From: a virus
Reading direction: 5' to 3' (one strand)
IMG/VR virus record: IMGVR_UViG_3300032103_000014
Length of the DNA: 34,817 nt
Below are positions 33,851 through 34,817 of the stretch, one piece after another (within the stretch, counting starts at the first letter, position 1; each line of letters begins with the position of its first letter). A program made the translations under genes and the position numbers. The notes under the pieces are model-generated. The model did no database searches. It was not told where the DNA came from and was given only the letters and a program-made list of their open reading frames with translations.

Positions 33851-34462
33851 ATGACAAAAGAAAATGAACTGACAGGAAAATTAGAATATCTACGTAGCGA
33901 GATAGACCATAAAGCAATATACAGATGCAGACCCGGAGAAACACTTCCAGCCAAGCAGCCCAACTATCGCTACACTTGGCAATTCTATCTACGTAGAGTT
34001 TTGTTTGATCCAGACTTTGTAATAACAGCAGCAGAGATGCTAGTAGACATATTGCCAAGTCGGGATGTTCAAATTGGTGCTTGCGAAGACGCAGGCGTAC
34101 CATTAGGACTAGCATTAGCAGCACAGTTAGGTAGCCCAATGATTACTATTAAGAAAAGTCGTAAAGCATATGGACTATTGAACTTTACAGAAGGACGCTT
34201 TACAGGTAAGCCTATCTTGTTAGTAGATGATCTAGCAGGTAGTCAAACAACGTTAAGAACGGCTGCTAGAACATTGATGGCATTTAACATACCTGTTGCT
34301 GCTCATTATGTAACTCTGTTAAACAAAACAAAAGAATCGCACGATGCGTACTTAAAGAATAAGCACTTGATAAGTCTGTTTACTTGTGAAGATTTTGCCC
34401 TAACGTGGGAAGATTATTGCCTACGTTATGGACGCGAGCCTGACTTTGGTGCCTATTATTGA
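33851..34462 (+). CDS. type-I phosphoribosyltransferase (OPRT-like fold)
   Basis: 203 aa. The PRPP-binding loop is GKPILLVDDLAGSQTTLRTAARTL (hydrophobic x4, DD, small residues, T/S). Upstream, IGACEDAGVPLGLALAAQLGSPMITIKKSRKAYG follows the OPRT-type layout (hood region, G-x-P-x-A, flexible-loop K/R-K). Confidence 0.7.
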   Translation: MTKENELTGKLEYLRSEIDHKAIYRCRPGETLPAKQPNYRYTWQFYLRRVLFDPDFVITAAEMLVDILPSRDVQIGACEDAGVPLGLALAAQLGSPMITIKKSRKAYGLLNFTEGRFTGKPILLVDDLAGSQTTLRTAARTLMAFNIPVAAHYVTLLNKTKESHDAYLKNKHLISLFTCEDFALTWEDYCLRYGREPDFGAYY

Positions 34463-34474
34463 TTAAATAGTAAT

Positions 34475-34817
34475 ATGAAAAAGAAATCAACTCACTACCA
34501 AATTCCGGACGTTACAGTATATGATGCAGACGGAAAGCCTTTAACAGGCCGAGCAGCCGCTCGTGCTCTTAATGCTTATCTAGCCCATATGGGTAGAGGA
34601 CACGACACGCTAGTTGCTCACATTAACGAAGATGAAGCAGAAATGCTTAAAGATGCCGGAGGTTCGGGCGCAGTTAACCCGCACACTGGTATGATTGAGT
34701 TTGACGACGGCGGCGATGGAGGCGGAGATGGCGGCGGCGATGGCGGCGGCGATGGCGGCGGAGATGGCGGCGGAGATGGCGGCGGAGCATCTGGCGACTC
34801 TGGTGGTGATTCAGGAT
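34475..34817 (+). CDS. 5' part of the Gly/Asp-rich protein, continuing at base 56 (equivalent to base 1 after removing the 55-nt overlap)
   Basis: ATG at 34475. The N-terminal domain reads MKKKSTHYQIPDVTVYDADGKPLTGRAAARALNAYLAHMGRGHDTLVAHINEDEAEMLKDAGGSGAVNPHTGMIEFDD, then (DGGG)x6. The frame stays open to the window end and is in frame with bases 1..852. Confidence 0.7.
   Translation, partial: MKKKSTHYQIPDVTVYDADGKPLTGRAAARALNAYLAHMGRGHDTLVAHINEDEAEMLKDAGGSGAVNPHTGMIEFDDGGDGGGDGGGDGGGDGGGDGGGDGGGASGDSGGDSG
34715..34786 (+). repeat. coding 12-nt tandem repeat (GATGGNGGCGGN x6) encoding (DGGG)6
   Basis: Six consecutive units are visible. The last three are identical (GATGGCGGCGGA). The last two units are also present at bases 1-24. 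Confidence 0.9.
34763..34817. repeat. 55-bp terminal overlap identical to bases 1-55 (circular closure / assembly overlap)
   Basis: Base-by-base identity checked by eye. The overlap comprises 24 nt of the DGGG repeat plus 31 nt of unique sequence (GCATCTGGCGACTCTGGTGGTGATTCAGGAT). Confidence 0.9.

Noticed and set aside
34715-34786. The 12-nt tandem array read as a CRISPR-like or non-coding satellite repeat.
   Set aside because: The units are contiguous with no spacers and sit in frame inside a long ORF, encoding DGGG. It is a coding microsatellite.
34763-34817. The 55-bp terminal repeat read as genuine direct terminal repeats (physical genome ends).
   Set aside because: An ORF reads through the junction in frame. 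The length also equals a common assembler k-mer. Circular-contig overlap is the simpler explanation.

Overview
This window appears to be a complete, circularly closed dsDNA phage genome with a unit length of 34,762 bp. Bases 1-55 are identical to 34763-34817, and one ORF reads straight across that junction. The layout is podovirus-like. Every gene but one is on the + strand, and by my count only about 1.6 kb is non-coding. Going round the circle: (i) 25690-30557 is an early-type block of small ORFs with no recognisable function. It is punctuated by sigma70-like promoters and intrinsic terminators, and it holds a Seg-like GIY-YIG endonuclease and an HNH-fold protein that has lost its catalytic His. 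(ii) 30592-5185, across the junction, is a structural and internal-virion block. It includes a 651-aa tail or nozzle-like protein, a free-standing HNH homing endonuclease, a type-I phosphoribosyltransferase, a DGGG-repeat protein and an 896-aa protein with a lytic-transglycosylase-like motif. (iii) 5195-7249 is accessory: a Dps-like ferritin, the single minus-strand gene (GNAT-like), and three small basic Gly-rich proteins sharing an [RK]GPT[KT]GN motif. (iv) 7296-15850 is packaging and head: large terminase, portal, scaffold and major capsid. (v) 15936-24223 is tail: two fibre-like proteins of 1012 and 1143 aa. (vi) 24233-25554 is lysis-related: a membrane-anchored coiled-coil protein and an M15A peptidase endolysin. 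I see no rRNA, tRNA, CRISPR array, reverse transcriptase, integrase, DNA polymerase, primase/helicase or RNA polymerase. The most unusual element is a 703-nt ORF-free gap (28251-28953). A perfect TTGACA-17-TATAAT promoter fires into it, and it contains several long stem-loops, two of them with intrinsic-terminator architecture and one pair mutually overlapping. I interpret it as a candidate large non-coding RNA and/or a transcription-primed replication origin. That is inference, not proof. All functional calls come from motifs I could read by eye in the translations, plus gene order. No database search was run.
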